Assembly: GCA_963707915.1 (NCBI GenBank)
Contig: OY970178.1
Coordinates: 2,528,001 to 2,592,000, forward strand
Source of the DNA: Candidatus Eiseniibacteriota bacterium
Lineage (GTDB): Bacteria > Eisenbacteria > RBG-16-71-46
Direction of reading: 5' to 3'
Length of the DNA: 64,000 bases
Part shown: piece by piece, positions 38,986-48,325 of the stretch
How the letters are laid out: each line of letters opens with the position of its first letter
Numbering within the stretch: position 1 is the first letter of the stretch
Made by a program: the position numbers and the translations under genes
The notes under the pieces: generated by a model
The model's database searches: none
What the model was told of the DNA's origin: nothing
Seen by the model: only the letters and a program-made list of their open reading frames with translations

Positions 38986-40230
38986 CTACTTCAGCCAGTC
39001 CTCGGGGTCGAGCGCGCTGCCGCCGTTGCGGACCTCGAAGTGCAGCACCGTGCCCTTGAGCGACGTGCCGCTGTCGCCCACGCGGCCGATCACCTGCCCC
39101 GCCGCGACCTCCTGCTCCTGCTTGACGCCGATCTCGGAGAGGTGGCCGTAGAGGGTGTAGTAGCCGTTGCCGTGGTTGACCACGATGACCTGGCCGAAGG
39201 CGGCGAAATCGTCGCTGGTGAAGTCCACGCGGCCCCGCGCCACGGAGCGCACGGGGGCGCCCTCGCGCGCCGCGATGTCGATGCCGTTGTTGAGCGTGGT
39301 GGTGCCGAAGCGCGGGTGGCGCTCGGGGCCGAAGCGCCCGACCACGCTGCCCTCGACCGGCCAGTCGAGCCGCTTGCGGGCCCGCGCGAAGTCGCCGGTG
39401 TAGGGCTCGGGCGCCCGCCCGCCGGCCCGGCGGCGCTGGTCCTCGGTCTGGCGCTGGCGCTCGAGCCGGGCCAGCAGCCGCTGGATGTCCTTCGCGGTCT
39501 TCTCCAGCTCGGCCGCCGCCGCCTCGTAGGTCTTGCGCTCGGTGCGGATCTGCGCCACCTGGCGCTCGCGCTGGGTGGTCAACTGGCCGAGCCGGCGGTT
39601 CTGCGCCGCGGTCTGTTTCTCGTTGTCGCGGGTCTCGCCCAGGTTCACCTCGAGCTGCTGCTGGACGGCCTGGACCTGCTCCTTCTTGCCCTCGATGTCC
39701 TCGAGCAGCGTGCGGTCCTGCTCGGCGACCATCACGATGAAGTCCCAGCGGGCCAGCAGCTGGGCGAACGAGTCGGTCGAGAGCAGGAACTCGAGCTCCC
39801 GCTCGCCCCCCGCCTTGTACATGTTGCGCAGGCGGCGCGCGAGCTTCGCCTTCTGCTGCGCGAGCGTGAACAGCGTCTGCTCCAGGGTCTGGCGCGTGAC
39901 GCCGAGCTGCTGGCCGAGCGCGTTGCGGCGGTTCTGCAGCGCGCGCAGCCGGCGGCGCGTGAGACTGAACTCGCGCTGCGTGCGGCGCAGTTGCCCGAGC
40001 GCCTGCGTCTCCCTGCCCTTGAGGCGGCTGGCGTGGTCGCGGCTCTCGCGGGCCTGCTGGCTGATCTCCTCGAGCTCGCGACGCTTGGCGGCCTCGAGCC
40101 GCAGTTGCTGCTCGCGGGCGCGCACCGCGGCGCTGTCGCCCGCCGGCGACTGGGCCCGGGCGGCCCCCGGCGGCAGCAGCCCGGCCGCGAGCGCGACGGC
40201 GAGCGCCAGCGCGGGCAGCCGCGGCCTCAT
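38986..40230 (-). CDS. envC: EnvC-like murein hydrolase activator (coiled coil + M23/LytM)
   Basis: Signal peptide; long coiled coil; WPVEG, NGIDI, YGHL, LHFEVR; follows ftsEX. Confidence 0.85.
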   Translation of the reverse strand: MRPRLPALALAVALAAGLLPPGAARAQSPAGDSAAVRAREQQLRLEAAKRRELEEISQQARESRDHASRLKGRETQALGQLRRTQREFSLTRRRLRALQNRRNALGQQLGVTRQTLEQTLFTLAQQKAKLARRLRNMYKAGGERELEFLLSTDSFAQLLARWDFIVMVAEQDRTLLEDIEGKKEQVQAVQQQLEVNLGETRDNEKQTAAQNRRLGQLTTQRERQVAQIRTERKTYEAAAAELEKTAKDIQRLLARLERQRQTEDQRRRAGGRAPEPYTGDFARARKRLDWPVEGSVVGRFGPERHPRFGTTTLNNGIDIAAREGAPVRSVARGRVDFTSDDFAAFGQVIVVNHGNGYYTLYGHLSEIGVKQEQEVAAGQVIGRVGDSGTSLKGTVLHFEVRNGGSALDPEDWLK

Positions 40231-41084
40231 GGGCCGGCCGAGCGGAGCGTGCGCGCGAGCGCGAGGGCGGCGGCGGCCCACGCGAGCAGGACGGCCCCGC
40301 CCAGGAAGGCGGCGATCCAGGCCGGCGGGAGGAAGGTCGCGTGCACGACCTGCTGCACGGCGAATTGCTCGAGCGCGAAGAGCAGGGCGAGCGCCGCCAG
40401 CGCGGACACCAGGGTCTGGCCCAGGGCCTCGAGCGTGAAGGGGGTGGCGATGAAACGGTCGGAGGCGCCGAGGCGGATCATGATCTCGACCTCGCGGCGG
40501 CGAGCCATCACGGTCAGGCGGATGGTGTTGTAGATGACCAGCAGGATCGCGAGCGCGACCGCCAGGCCGACCAGCAGCGAGCCGCGCGTGAGCGTGGCCT
40601 GCAGCTCGTCGAGCCGCCGCACCCACTCGCCGCCGTAGCGCACGTCCTCGACCTCGGGGAACTGCGACACCTGCCGCGCGGCCTGCTCCATCGCGGAGTA
40701 GTTGAGCAGCTCGGGCCGCAGCCGCACGCGCAGCGAGGCGGGCAGCGGGTTCTCGTCCACGGCCTGCAGCAGCTGCGGGTCGCCGACCTGCTGCGAGAAC
40801 TCCTCCCACGCCTGCTCGCGGCTCACGTAGGTGGTGGTCCCGTAGAGCTCGGTGAGACGGGCGACCAGCGCGTCGCGCTGGTCGGGCGCGATCTCGTCGC
40901 GCAGGTAGACCACCATCTCGCGCCGGTCGCCGATGAAGCGCACCGCCGACTGCGCGTTGTGCGTGAGCAGCAGGAAGATGCCGCACAGCAGCAGCGTCGC
41001 GGTGAGGGAGATCATCGCGGTCCATGCCAGGCCGGGGTGGTGGCGGAACGAGCGCCAGGCTTCGCGCACGAAGTACAGGTGCAC
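40227..41084 (-). CDS. ftsX: Cell division permease FtsX
   Basis: Four-TM layout; ENPLPASL, IYNTIRLTVMARRREVEIMIRLGA, PFTLE. Confidence 0.93.
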   Translation of the reverse strand: MHLYFVREAWRSFRHHPGLAWTAMISLTATLLLCGIFLLLTHNAQSAVRFIGDRREMVVYLRDEIAPDQRDALVARLTELYGTTTYVSREQAWEEFSQQVGDPQLLQAVDENPLPASLRVRLRPELLNYSAMEQAARQVSQFPEVEDVRYGGEWVRRLDELQATLTRGSLLVGLAVALAILLVIYNTIRLTVMARRREVEIMIRLGASDRFIATPFTLEALGQTLVSALAALALLFALEQFAVQQVVHATFLPPAWIAAFLGGAVLLAWAAAALALARTLRSAGP

Positions 41085-41086
41085 GC

Positions 41087-41821
41087 TCAGGCCCCCCGCT
41101 CCGGTGACAGGGCGGGCGCTGCGGGGCCGGGCGCCGGCGGCGCGTACGGCGCGCGGAGAGCCGCGTCATCCCCCGCGATCCGGCCGTCGTCGAGCCGGAG
41201 GACGCGCCCGCCCAGCGACTCGGCGACGTCGAGGCGGGTCGTGACCATCAGCAGGGCGGCGCCCTCTTCGTGGATGCGGCGCAGCAGCGCGATGATCTCC
41301 TTCGCGCTGGCAGGCTCGAGCGCGCCGGTGGGCTCGTCGGCCAGCACCACGGCCGGACGGTTCACGATGGCGCGCGCGATGGCGGCGCGCTGCTTCTCGC
41401 CGGCCGAGAGCTCGGAGGGATAGGCGGCCTGCTTCTGTTGCAGGCCCACCTCCTCGAGCGCGTAGAGCGTGCGCGGCACGACCTCGGCGTCGGCGAAGTG
41501 GCCGGTGATGCGGACGGCGAGCGCGACGTTCTCGAACACCGTGCGGTCGTTCAGCAGCCGGAAGTCCTCGTAGATGATGCCGAGCGTGCGGCGCAGCAGC
41601 GCGCGCTTGGCGCGCGGCAGGCGCGCCCCGCGGAAGGTGCCGACCGTGACGGTCCCGGAGGTGGGGGCGAGCTCGTGGGTGATGAGCCGCAGCAGCGTGG
41701 TCTTGCCGGCACCGCTGGGCCCGGCGAAGACCACGCACTCCCCCTCGTCCATGTGCCACGAGACGGAATCGAGCGCCAGGCGCTCCCGGTACCGCCGCGA
41801 GACGTGCTCGAAGGTGATCAC
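41087..41821 (-). CDS. ftsE: Cell division ABC ATPase FtsE (divergent motifs)
   Basis: GPSGAGKTT, LLNDRTVFENVA, LADEPTG; directly upstream of ftsX. Confidence 0.88.
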   Translation of the reverse strand: MITFEHVSRRYRERLALDSVSWHMDEGECVVFAGPSGAGKTTLLRLITHELAPTSGTVTVGTFRGARLPRAKRALLRRTLGIIYEDFRLLNDRTVFENVALAVRITGHFADAEVVPRTLYALEEVGLQQKQAAYPSELSAGEKQRAAIARAIVNRPAVVLADEPTGALEPASAKEIIALLRRIHEEGAALLMVTTRLDVAESLGGRVLRLDDGRIAGDDAALRAPYAPPAPGPAAPALSPERGA

Positions 41822-41895
41822 GGACGTTCCCCCGCCGGGCGACGCGGCCCGCGGCGCCCCGCGGTCGCGTCGCGTCCTCGGCAACGGGTCATGGG

Positions 41896-43341
41896 CTAGA
41901 AACCGCGGACCTCGACGACGGCCTTGGCGCGCAGGCCCTTGAGCCATTCGTCGTAGCGCTCCTTGAACTTGATCTGGGCGACGGCCTCGGGAAGCTGCTC
42001 CTTGATCTCGTCGAGCGTGTAGGGCCGCTCCGGCTTGCGGTCGGCGACCTTGAAGATGTTGAAGCTGGACTGGTTCTCGATCGACTCGCTGACCTGGCCG
42101 ACCTCGAGCGTGTCGAGCCCCGCGCGGATCTGGGGCGGGAGCGATCCCAGCGGGATGAAGCCGATGTCACCGTCCGGGGTCGCGGGGCCCGGGTACTTGC
42201 TGTAGCGGCGCACCAGGGTCGCGAAGTCCACGCCCTTGGCGGCCTCGGCGCGGACCCGGCCCGCCAGCGCCTGCGCGCGCGCGCGATCGGCCTCGGTGGT
42301 CTCGACCCGGACCAGGATGTGGCGCGCGTGCGCCTCGGGGATGACGCCACCGTCGGGGCCGAGGCTGTCCTGGCCCGCGACGTTCTTGAGCGTGTCGCGC
42401 TCGAGCGTCTGCACGATGTGCCAGCCGTAGGGGCTGTGCACCGGCTCGCTGAGCGCGCCGAGCGCGAGGCCGAACGCCGCCTCCTCGAGCGCGGGCTCCA
42501 GCGAGCCGCGGGCGAAGAAGCCCAGGTCGCCGCCGGCCTTCGAGGAACCCGGGTCTTCGGAGACCTCGGCCGCGACCTTGGCGAACTTCTCGCCGTCCAC
42601 GATCCGCTTGCGGATCGCGAGGGCCCGCTGGCGTCCGGCGGCGTCGGCCGCCGAATCGGGCGAGACCGGGATCTGGATCACGGAGAGGCGCAACTGGCCC
42701 GGGGCCAGCGGGAACCGGCCCGGGTTCGCCTTGAAGAAGGCCTCGGCCTCCGCCTGCGGCACCGGCTTGCGCGGGAGCGTCTTCTGCACCACGCGTTGCG
42801 CGAGTTGCTGGCGACGGGCGTCTTCGCGGTACTTCGCGCGCAGCCGCTCCTCGGTCAGGTTCTCCTTCGCGAGCTGTTCCTGGAAGTTGGCGGGCCCGAT
42901 GCGGTCCTTCGCGTCCTGGATCGCCTTCTCGACCTCGCGGTTCACCTCGGGCTCGCTGACCGTCACGCCCTGGCGCTTCGCCTCGGCCACGACGAGCTTC
43001 TCGTTGATCATCTCCTCGAGCACCTGACGGCGCAGCGTGTCCACCATCGCCGAGTCGGGGCGCAACTGGTTGCGCATCACGAACAGGTAGACCTGCTCCT
43101 CCACGTCGCTCTGCAGCACCACCTCGTCGTTCACCACCGCGGCGATGCCGTCGAGGCGCTGGGCGCTGGCGGGGGGCGCGGCCGGGCGCCGGGCCGGGAC
43201 GGTCCTCGGGGCTGCGGGCCGCGCCGCGCCGGGCGATCCGGTCGAGCGGGGCTTCGCGGTCTGGGCCAGTGCGGGCGGCACCGCGATGGCGAGCAGGAGG
43301 GCGGCGAGCGCCCAACTCGAGGACTTCAACGTGACCTCCAT
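41896..43341 (-). CDS. surA: SurA-like periplasmic chaperone / parvulin PPIase
   Basis: Signal peptide; DGIAAVVNDEVVLQSDV; two rotamase domains (SEDPGSSKAGGDLGF, SPYGWHI, ARHILV). Alternative TTG start at 43329 after GGAGG. Confidence 0.88.
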   Translation of the reverse strand: MEVTLKSSSWALAALLLAIAVPPALAQTAKPRSTGSPGAARPAAPRTVPARRPAAPPASAQRLDGIAAVVNDEVVLQSDVEEQVYLFVMRNQLRPDSAMVDTLRRQVLEEMINEKLVVAEAKRQGVTVSEPEVNREVEKAIQDAKDRIGPANFQEQLAKENLTEERLRAKYREDARRQQLAQRVVQKTLPRKPVPQAEAEAFFKANPGRFPLAPGQLRLSVIQIPVSPDSAADAAGRQRALAIRKRIVDGEKFAKVAAEVSEDPGSSKAGGDLGFFARGSLEPALEEAAFGLALGALSEPVHSPYGWHIVQTLERDTLKNVAGQDSLGPDGGVIPEAHARHILVRVETTEADRARAQALAGRVRAEAAKGVDFATLVRRYSKYPGPATPDGDIGFIPLGSLPPQIRAGLDTLEVGQVSESIENQSSFNIFKVADRKPERPYTLDEIKEQLPEAVAQIKFKERYDEWLKGLRAKAVVEVRGF

Positions 43342-43659
43342 GATGATGGTGCGGCCGCGCGGAGGGGGCCCGCGTGGCGCGAATGGTCGGGGACCCGGGC
43401 GGATGCGCACCGAGCCCCTGGTTGGGAGCGACGCGGCAGTATAGCGACTCCCCCGGCCGGAGCCTATGCGCCCGGGCCCGCGCGCCGCCGGCCCCATCGG
43501 CGGCCGGGCCCGGGGCTTTCGCCCCCTCAACTGCCGCGCTCGTCGGCTGCCCGTGGTCCTTTCCCGGCGCCGGGGTATCCTCCTGACATCGTGGACCGTT
43601 CCCCCCCTTCGTCGTCCGCACCTTTGGATGGACCCCCACCGGTGTGGGAGAGTCCCGCC

Positions 43660-45840
43660 ATGAGCGCCAGTTACCGCACGCGGCGGCTGCTCGCGGTGGC
43701 GGCCATGATCCTGGCCGTCGCCATCGCCCTGCCCCGCTTCCTCACCCACACGCCCTACGCACGCATCGGCGCCGAGGTCGACTACGAGACGCCGGACCAC
43801 GTCGGGCGCATCGCCAACGTCGTGGGGCCGCCGTCCAGCGGGCTGCTCCGCACCGGCGACCTCCTGCTGCTGGTCGACGGGCGTCCCGGCACGCAGGCCG
43901 AGTTCGGCAAGCTCAAGCCCAAGGGCGGGCTCCCGCGCGGTCCGATCGAGCTGGTCATCGACCGCGGCGGACGGATCCTCCGGCTGACGCTCCCGCCGGT
44001 ACGGCTCTCGGTGTGGACGCGCGTGCGGCTCTCCATCTACCCGCTCGCCACGGTCGTCGCCGCCCCGCTGGTGGCCTTCCTGCTGGTCTGGCGGCGCCCC
44101 GACCTGAGCGCAGCCTGGACCTTCCTCTGGTTCGCCACCCTCCAGGCGGTGACGGTCGTGTGGGACCTGTTCCGGTTCCCGCAGGGCGACGTCGGCCCGC
44201 TCTTCCGCTCGTACCTCAACCTGTACGGCGCGCTCATCTGCTGGTACCCGGCGGCCTTCCTGCACTTCATGACCGTGTTCCCGCGGCCCCGCTGGCGCAG
44301 GCCGCGCCTGACGGCCAGTCCGTGGTTCTGGGTCACCGTGCTCGCCTACGCCACCCCGCCGGTGCTGTGGCTCGTCGGGCACGGGCCGATCAAGGCCTAT
44401 TCCGGCCCGGGCATGCTCTGGTTCCAGACCGTCGCCCTGCCGCTGGGAACGCTCTCGCTGCTCGGGCACTACGCCCGGCGCGACGGGGCCGAGCGCCAGC
44501 CCCGGCCGGGGGAGCGCGCGCTGGCGCTGGCCGTGGCCGCCACGCTGCTGCTGAACGCCGCGACGTCGGCCCTGTGGCAGTCGGCGCAGTTCTCGGACTG
44601 GCTCATGTTCCCCGTGGTGCGCCTGGCCTCCACGTCCATCACCTTCGCCTTCCTCGCGGCGCCGCTGGTGATCGCCTTCCTCATCGCCAACGACCCGGTC
44701 TTCGACCCGCGCCGCGTGGTGGTCCAGAGCCTGCCGTTCGCGCTGCTCTCGGTCGTGCTGGCCGGCGTCTACCTCGGCGTGGTGGTGGGCTCGCAGCGGC
44801 TCTTCGCCGCGGCCACCGGCGAGGACTCGATGGTCTTCAACGTCGTCGCGGCGCTGGTCGTGGCCTTCGCCTTCGCGCCGCTCTGGACGCGGACCCAGCA
44901 CGCGCTGGACCGGATCTTCGGGCGCGACCCGCAGGCCCTGCGCGTGGCGCTGGACCAGGCCGGGCGCGAACTGCTCGGAGCGCTCGACCATGACGAGCTG
45001 CGCCGCTCGGTCGAGGCCGGGCTGGCGCGCGGGCTCAAGCGCGACGTGGCGCTCGAGTGGCCGGAGCCCGGACCGCCGCGCCTGGCCCCCGGCGAGGCGC
45101 TGCCCGAGCACGCGCAGCGCGCGGTCGAGAACCTGCTGCTCCAGGCCGGGATCCGCCTCGAGAACCTGGCGCTCCAGGAGCACCGCGCGGCGGCCGAGCG
45201 CCAGGCCGTGGAACTGCGCGAGGCCGCGACGCGGGCCGAGCTGCGGGCGCTCCAGGCCCAGGTGCAGCCGCACTTCCTCTTCAACGCGCTCAACGCGCTC
45301 GCCTACCTGATCGAGACCGACCCGCCCGCCGCGCAGCGCTTCTCGGAGCGCCTGGCCGACATGCTGCGCTACACCGTGGAGGCGGGGAACCGCCCGGTCG
45401 CCCTGCTCTCGGAGGAGATCGGCTTCGTCGAGGACTACCTGGGCGTGGCGCGCGAGCGCTACGAGACCCCGCTCGGCTTCGCCTACCGCGGGCCCCAGGA
45501 GATGCTCTCGCTGGCGGTGCCGCCGCTGCTGCTGCAGCCGCTGGTGGAGAACAGCCTCAAGCACGGCTGCGCCCCGGACGCGCCCGGGCTGCACCTCGAG
45601 CTCGTGGCCGGCGAGGACGCCGGTTTCGTCGAGCTGTCGTTCTCCGACGACGGGGTGGCCTCGTCGAACGGCGCGCCCGGGCTGGGAGTGGGCCTGACCA
45701 ATCTCGAACAGCGCCTGCGCCGCTTCGCCGGCACGGACGCCACCATGGAGGCCGGCGCCCGCAGGGGCGCCGACGGAACGCCGCAGCCGGGCTTCGTCGT
45801 GCGCCTGCGCTGGCCGGTCATGAAGGGAGCGAAACCATGA
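43660..45840 (+). CDS. LytS/YehU-type histidine kinase with PDZ-like domain and about 10 TM helices
   Basis: LRTGDLLLLVDG...IELVIDRGG (PDZ-like); QAQVQPHFLFNALN H-box; LQPLVENSLKHG; GVGLTNLEQRL. Confidence 0.9.
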   Translation: MSASYRTRRLLAVAAMILAVAIALPRFLTHTPYARIGAEVDYETPDHVGRIANVVGPPSSGLLRTGDLLLLVDGRPGTQAEFGKLKPKGGLPRGPIELVIDRGGRILRLTLPPVRLSVWTRVRLSIYPLATVVAAPLVAFLLVWRRPDLSAAWTFLWFATLQAVTVVWDLFRFPQGDVGPLFRSYLNLYGALICWYPAAFLHFMTVFPRPRWRRPRLTASPWFWVTVLAYATPPVLWLVGHGPIKAYSGPGMLWFQTVALPLGTLSLLGHYARRDGAERQPRPGERALALAVAATLLLNAATSALWQSAQFSDWLMFPVVRLASTSITFAFLAAPLVIAFLIANDPVFDPRRVVVQSLPFALLSVVLAGVYLGVVVGSQRLFAAATGEDSMVFNVVAALVVAFAFAPLWTRTQHALDRIFGRDPQALRVALDQAGRELLGALDHDELRRSVEAGLARGLKRDVALEWPEPGPPRLAPGEALPEHAQRAVENLLLQAGIRLENLALQEHRAAAERQAVELREAATRAELRALQAQVQPHFLFNALNALAYLIETDPPAAQRFSERLADMLRYTVEAGNRPVALLSEEIGFVEDYLGVARERYETPLGFAYRGPQEMLSLAVPPLLLQPLVENSLKHGCAPDAPGLHLELVAGEDAGFVELSFSDDGVASSNGAPGLGVGLTNLEQRLRRFAGTDATMEAGARRGADGTPQPGFVVRLRWPVMKGAKP

Positions 45841-46625
45841 GCCCACGCGCGAGCGAGGGCGGGACGCGCCTGCGCGCCCTGATCGCCGACGACGAGCCGC
45901 GCGCGCGGCAGTTCCTGGAGAAGCTGCTGGGCGAGCACGAGGAGCTCGAGGTGGTGGGGGCCGCGCGGAGCGGGGCCGAGGCGCTGCAGCTGGTGGCCAG
46001 CCTCAAGCCCGACGTGGCGTTCCTCGACATCCACATGCCCGACCTCTCGGGCCTCGAGGTGGCGCGCCACCTGCGCGGGGCGGAGGCGCCCATCGTGGTG
46101 TTCGTGACCGCGTACGACAAGTACGCGACCGAGGCCTTCGAGGTGGCGGCGCTGGACTACATCCTCAAGCCGCTCAAGCGCGAGCGCCTGGCGGATACCG
46201 TCCGCCGCGTGCTTGCCGAGGCCCGCACCGGGCGGCCGGCCGCGCGCGCGCAGGCGCTGCGCGAGGCGCTCGACTCGCCCGGGATCGTGAGCCAGTTGTC
46301 GCCGCTGCGACGCCTGCCGGTCCGGCACCGTCGCGAGGTGAAGCTGCTCGACCTGGCCCAGGTGCCGCTCATCTTCTCGCGCGACCGGCTGGTGCTGGCC
46401 CGCTGCGAGGCCCACGAGTACCTCGTGGACTACACGCTGCAGGAACTGGAGCAGCGCCTGCCCGAGGGGCAGTTCGTGCGCGTGCACCGTGCCGCGCTCG
46501 TCAACGTGGACGCCATCGAGAGCTACGGCGGCGAGGACGGCGTGCTGGTCCTGAAGCTCCGGGACGGCACGCGGGTCGAGGCCAGCGAGCGTCGCGCGGC
46601 CGAGGTGCGTCGCCGGCTGAGGTAG
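45837..46625 (+). CDS. LytTR-family response regulator
   Basis: IADDEP, FLDIHMP, FVTAYD, DYILKP, FVRVHRAALVN; ATGA overlap with the kinase. Confidence 0.95.
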   Translation: MSPRASEGGTRLRALIADDEPRARQFLEKLLGEHEELEVVGAARSGAEALQLVASLKPDVAFLDIHMPDLSGLEVARHLRGAEAPIVVFVTAYDKYATEAFEVAALDYILKPLKRERLADTVRRVLAEARTGRPAARAQALREALDSPGIVSQLSPLRRLPVRHRREVKLLDLAQVPLIFSRDRLVLARCEAHEYLVDYTLQELEQRLPEGQFVRVHRAALVNVDAIESYGGEDGVLVLKLRDGTRVEASERRAAEVRRRLR

Positions 46626-46638
46626 CCGCCGGGCCGGG

Positions 46639-48099
46639 TCAGCTCCCCGGCGCGGCCGGCGGCACCGGCCACGGGAGGCGCTTCAGGCGCTCCGGGTGGA
46701 GGACCGGCTTGAGCCGGAGCGCGAGCGCGTCGGTCACCTCCCGGAGCCGGCGCTCGCGCGCGAACTCGACCGCCTCGCCCTGCAACGCCTGCTGGATGTT
46801 CGGCTCGAGCTTCGCGTACTCGATCGGCACGCCGTCGGCCCCGGTCAGTTGCGCCGCGTGGCGCCGGTAGGCGGCCTGCACGTCGTCATCGGTGGGCCGG
46901 GCCACGTCCAGGACCAGGGCCTGGTAGGCGGTCTGGAGCAGCGCGTTCTCCATTTGGGCGCGGGCCTGGCGCGCGCGCGCGGGCTCGTCGCCGAGACGGC
47001 GCCGGCGGGCCTCGACGAGGGCGACGCGCTGCAGCGCCGCGTTCTTCAGCCACTGGTCGATCATCGGCAGGACGGACCAATTGGGGCGGGGTTTCTGCGG
47101 GTCCTGCAGGTCCACCGTCGCCTCGCCCAGCGTGTAGGCGCCGGGCTTGCCCTCCGCGTCGTCGTAGCGCACCAGCACCTGTCGCGCCTCCTCGGGCGTG
47201 GGCGCGGCGGCGACCGGGGTCCGGATGCCGCCCACCACGGTCGTGTCCCGGGGCGCGTTGTAGCGGGCGAAGAGCGAGTGCGCGGCGCCCGGCTCGACGG
47301 CCACGTGGTACTGCGTCATCAGCTCGTACTGGGCGCGGTTCATCAGGGCGCGCTGCTTGCCCGCCCGCAGCCCCCGCTGCAGCAGCTCGCGCACCTGCTC
47401 GAAGGGCTCCTGCTGCCGCGGGCGGCGCTCGATCACCTGGACGATGAACCAGCCGTCGGCCTGCGACTCGATCGGGCCGACCACCTGCCCGACGGGGCCC
47501 CGGGCCAGCGCGTCGTCGAGGACGGGCATCAGCGTCCCGGGCGTGATGAATCCCAGGTCACCCCCCTTCGGCGTCATGCCCGTGGAGTTGAACCGGTCGG
47601 CGGTCGTGCCGAAGTCGGCGCCGGCCCGGATCTCGCCGAGCGCCCGCTCGATCGTGGCCCGGTCGGGGGTGAACACGATCAACGCGTGCGCCTCCTGGGA
47701 GCGCTGCTGGTAGAGCGCCCGGACCTCGGCTTCGCTCACCGGCGGGTCGGCCGGGGCCAGTTGCTGGACCAGCGCGCGCAGCGCGAGCTGCTCCTGGGCC
47801 TGCTGGAGCCGCCGCGCCTGCTCCTCGGGGCTGACCATGCCGAGCCGCAGGGCCTCGCTCACCATCAACTCGCGCTTGACCAGGTCCTCGAGCAGGTCGG
47901 CCTTGGCGGAATCCGGGCTCCCGGGATACTGGCCCTGGCTGCGGCTGGCGACGTCGAGGAAGTCGGCCGTCGTGATGACGCGATCGCCGATCTTCGCGAG
48001 CACGGGGGGCCCGGAGGAGCAGCCCGCCAGCAGCGCGGCAAGGGCGGCGAGCAGGGACACGAGGACGAGCAGGCGGGCGCGCATCGACGAGGATCTCAT
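46639..48099 (-). CDS. Lipoprotein parvulin-type PPIase (PrsA/PpiD-like)
   Basis: Lipobox LAGC; VLAKIGDRVIT; KGGDLGFI...GPIESQADGWFIV. Confidence 0.85.
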   Translation of the reverse strand: MRSSSMRARLLVLVSLLAALAALLAGCSSGPPVLAKIGDRVITTADFLDVASRSQGQYPGSPDSAKADLLEDLVKRELMVSEALRLGMVSPEEQARRLQQAQEQLALRALVQQLAPADPPVSEAEVRALYQQRSQEAHALIVFTPDRATIERALGEIRAGADFGTTADRFNSTGMTPKGGDLGFITPGTLMPVLDDALARGPVGQVVGPIESQADGWFIVQVIERRPRQQEPFEQVRELLQRGLRAGKQRALMNRAQYELMTQYHVAVEPGAAHSLFARYNAPRDTTVVGGIRTPVAAAPTPEEARQVLVRYDDAEGKPGAYTLGEATVDLQDPQKPRPNWSVLPMIDQWLKNAALQRVALVEARRRRLGDEPARARQARAQMENALLQTAYQALVLDVARPTDDDVQAAYRRHAAQLTGADGVPIEYAKLEPNIQQALQGEAVEFARERRLREVTDALALRLKPVLHPERLKRLPWPVPPAAPGS

Positions 48100-48325
48100 G
48101 GTGGTTCCTTTGGGAGGGTCCTGAGGCTGGTCCGCCCCTTGTTTACAGGAGTCCGGGAACGGGCGCAACCGGCGACGGTGCCACCAGGGGCCCGCGCCCC
48201 CCGGGCGGGCGGTACGCCAGAACGCGCACCGCCCGCCGCGCCCACGGGGGCCCGCGCAGGGTTCCATCCATCCGGGCGCCCGACCGCATGGAACGACCGG
48301 CTCGCGGTCGTGGGGTCGTTCCCGA

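Noticed and set aside
38986..39400. Missing Zn ligands in the M23 domain (NNGID)
   Set aside because: Expected: EnvC-type activators have degenerate LytM domains.
41896..45846. Apparent large fusion ORFs (1316-aa SurA, 1173-aa kinase, 875-aa protease, 727-aa EnvC, 774-aa regulator)
   Set aside because: Artefactual upstream extensions over neighbouring genes; signal peptides and ATGA overlaps define shorter true starts.
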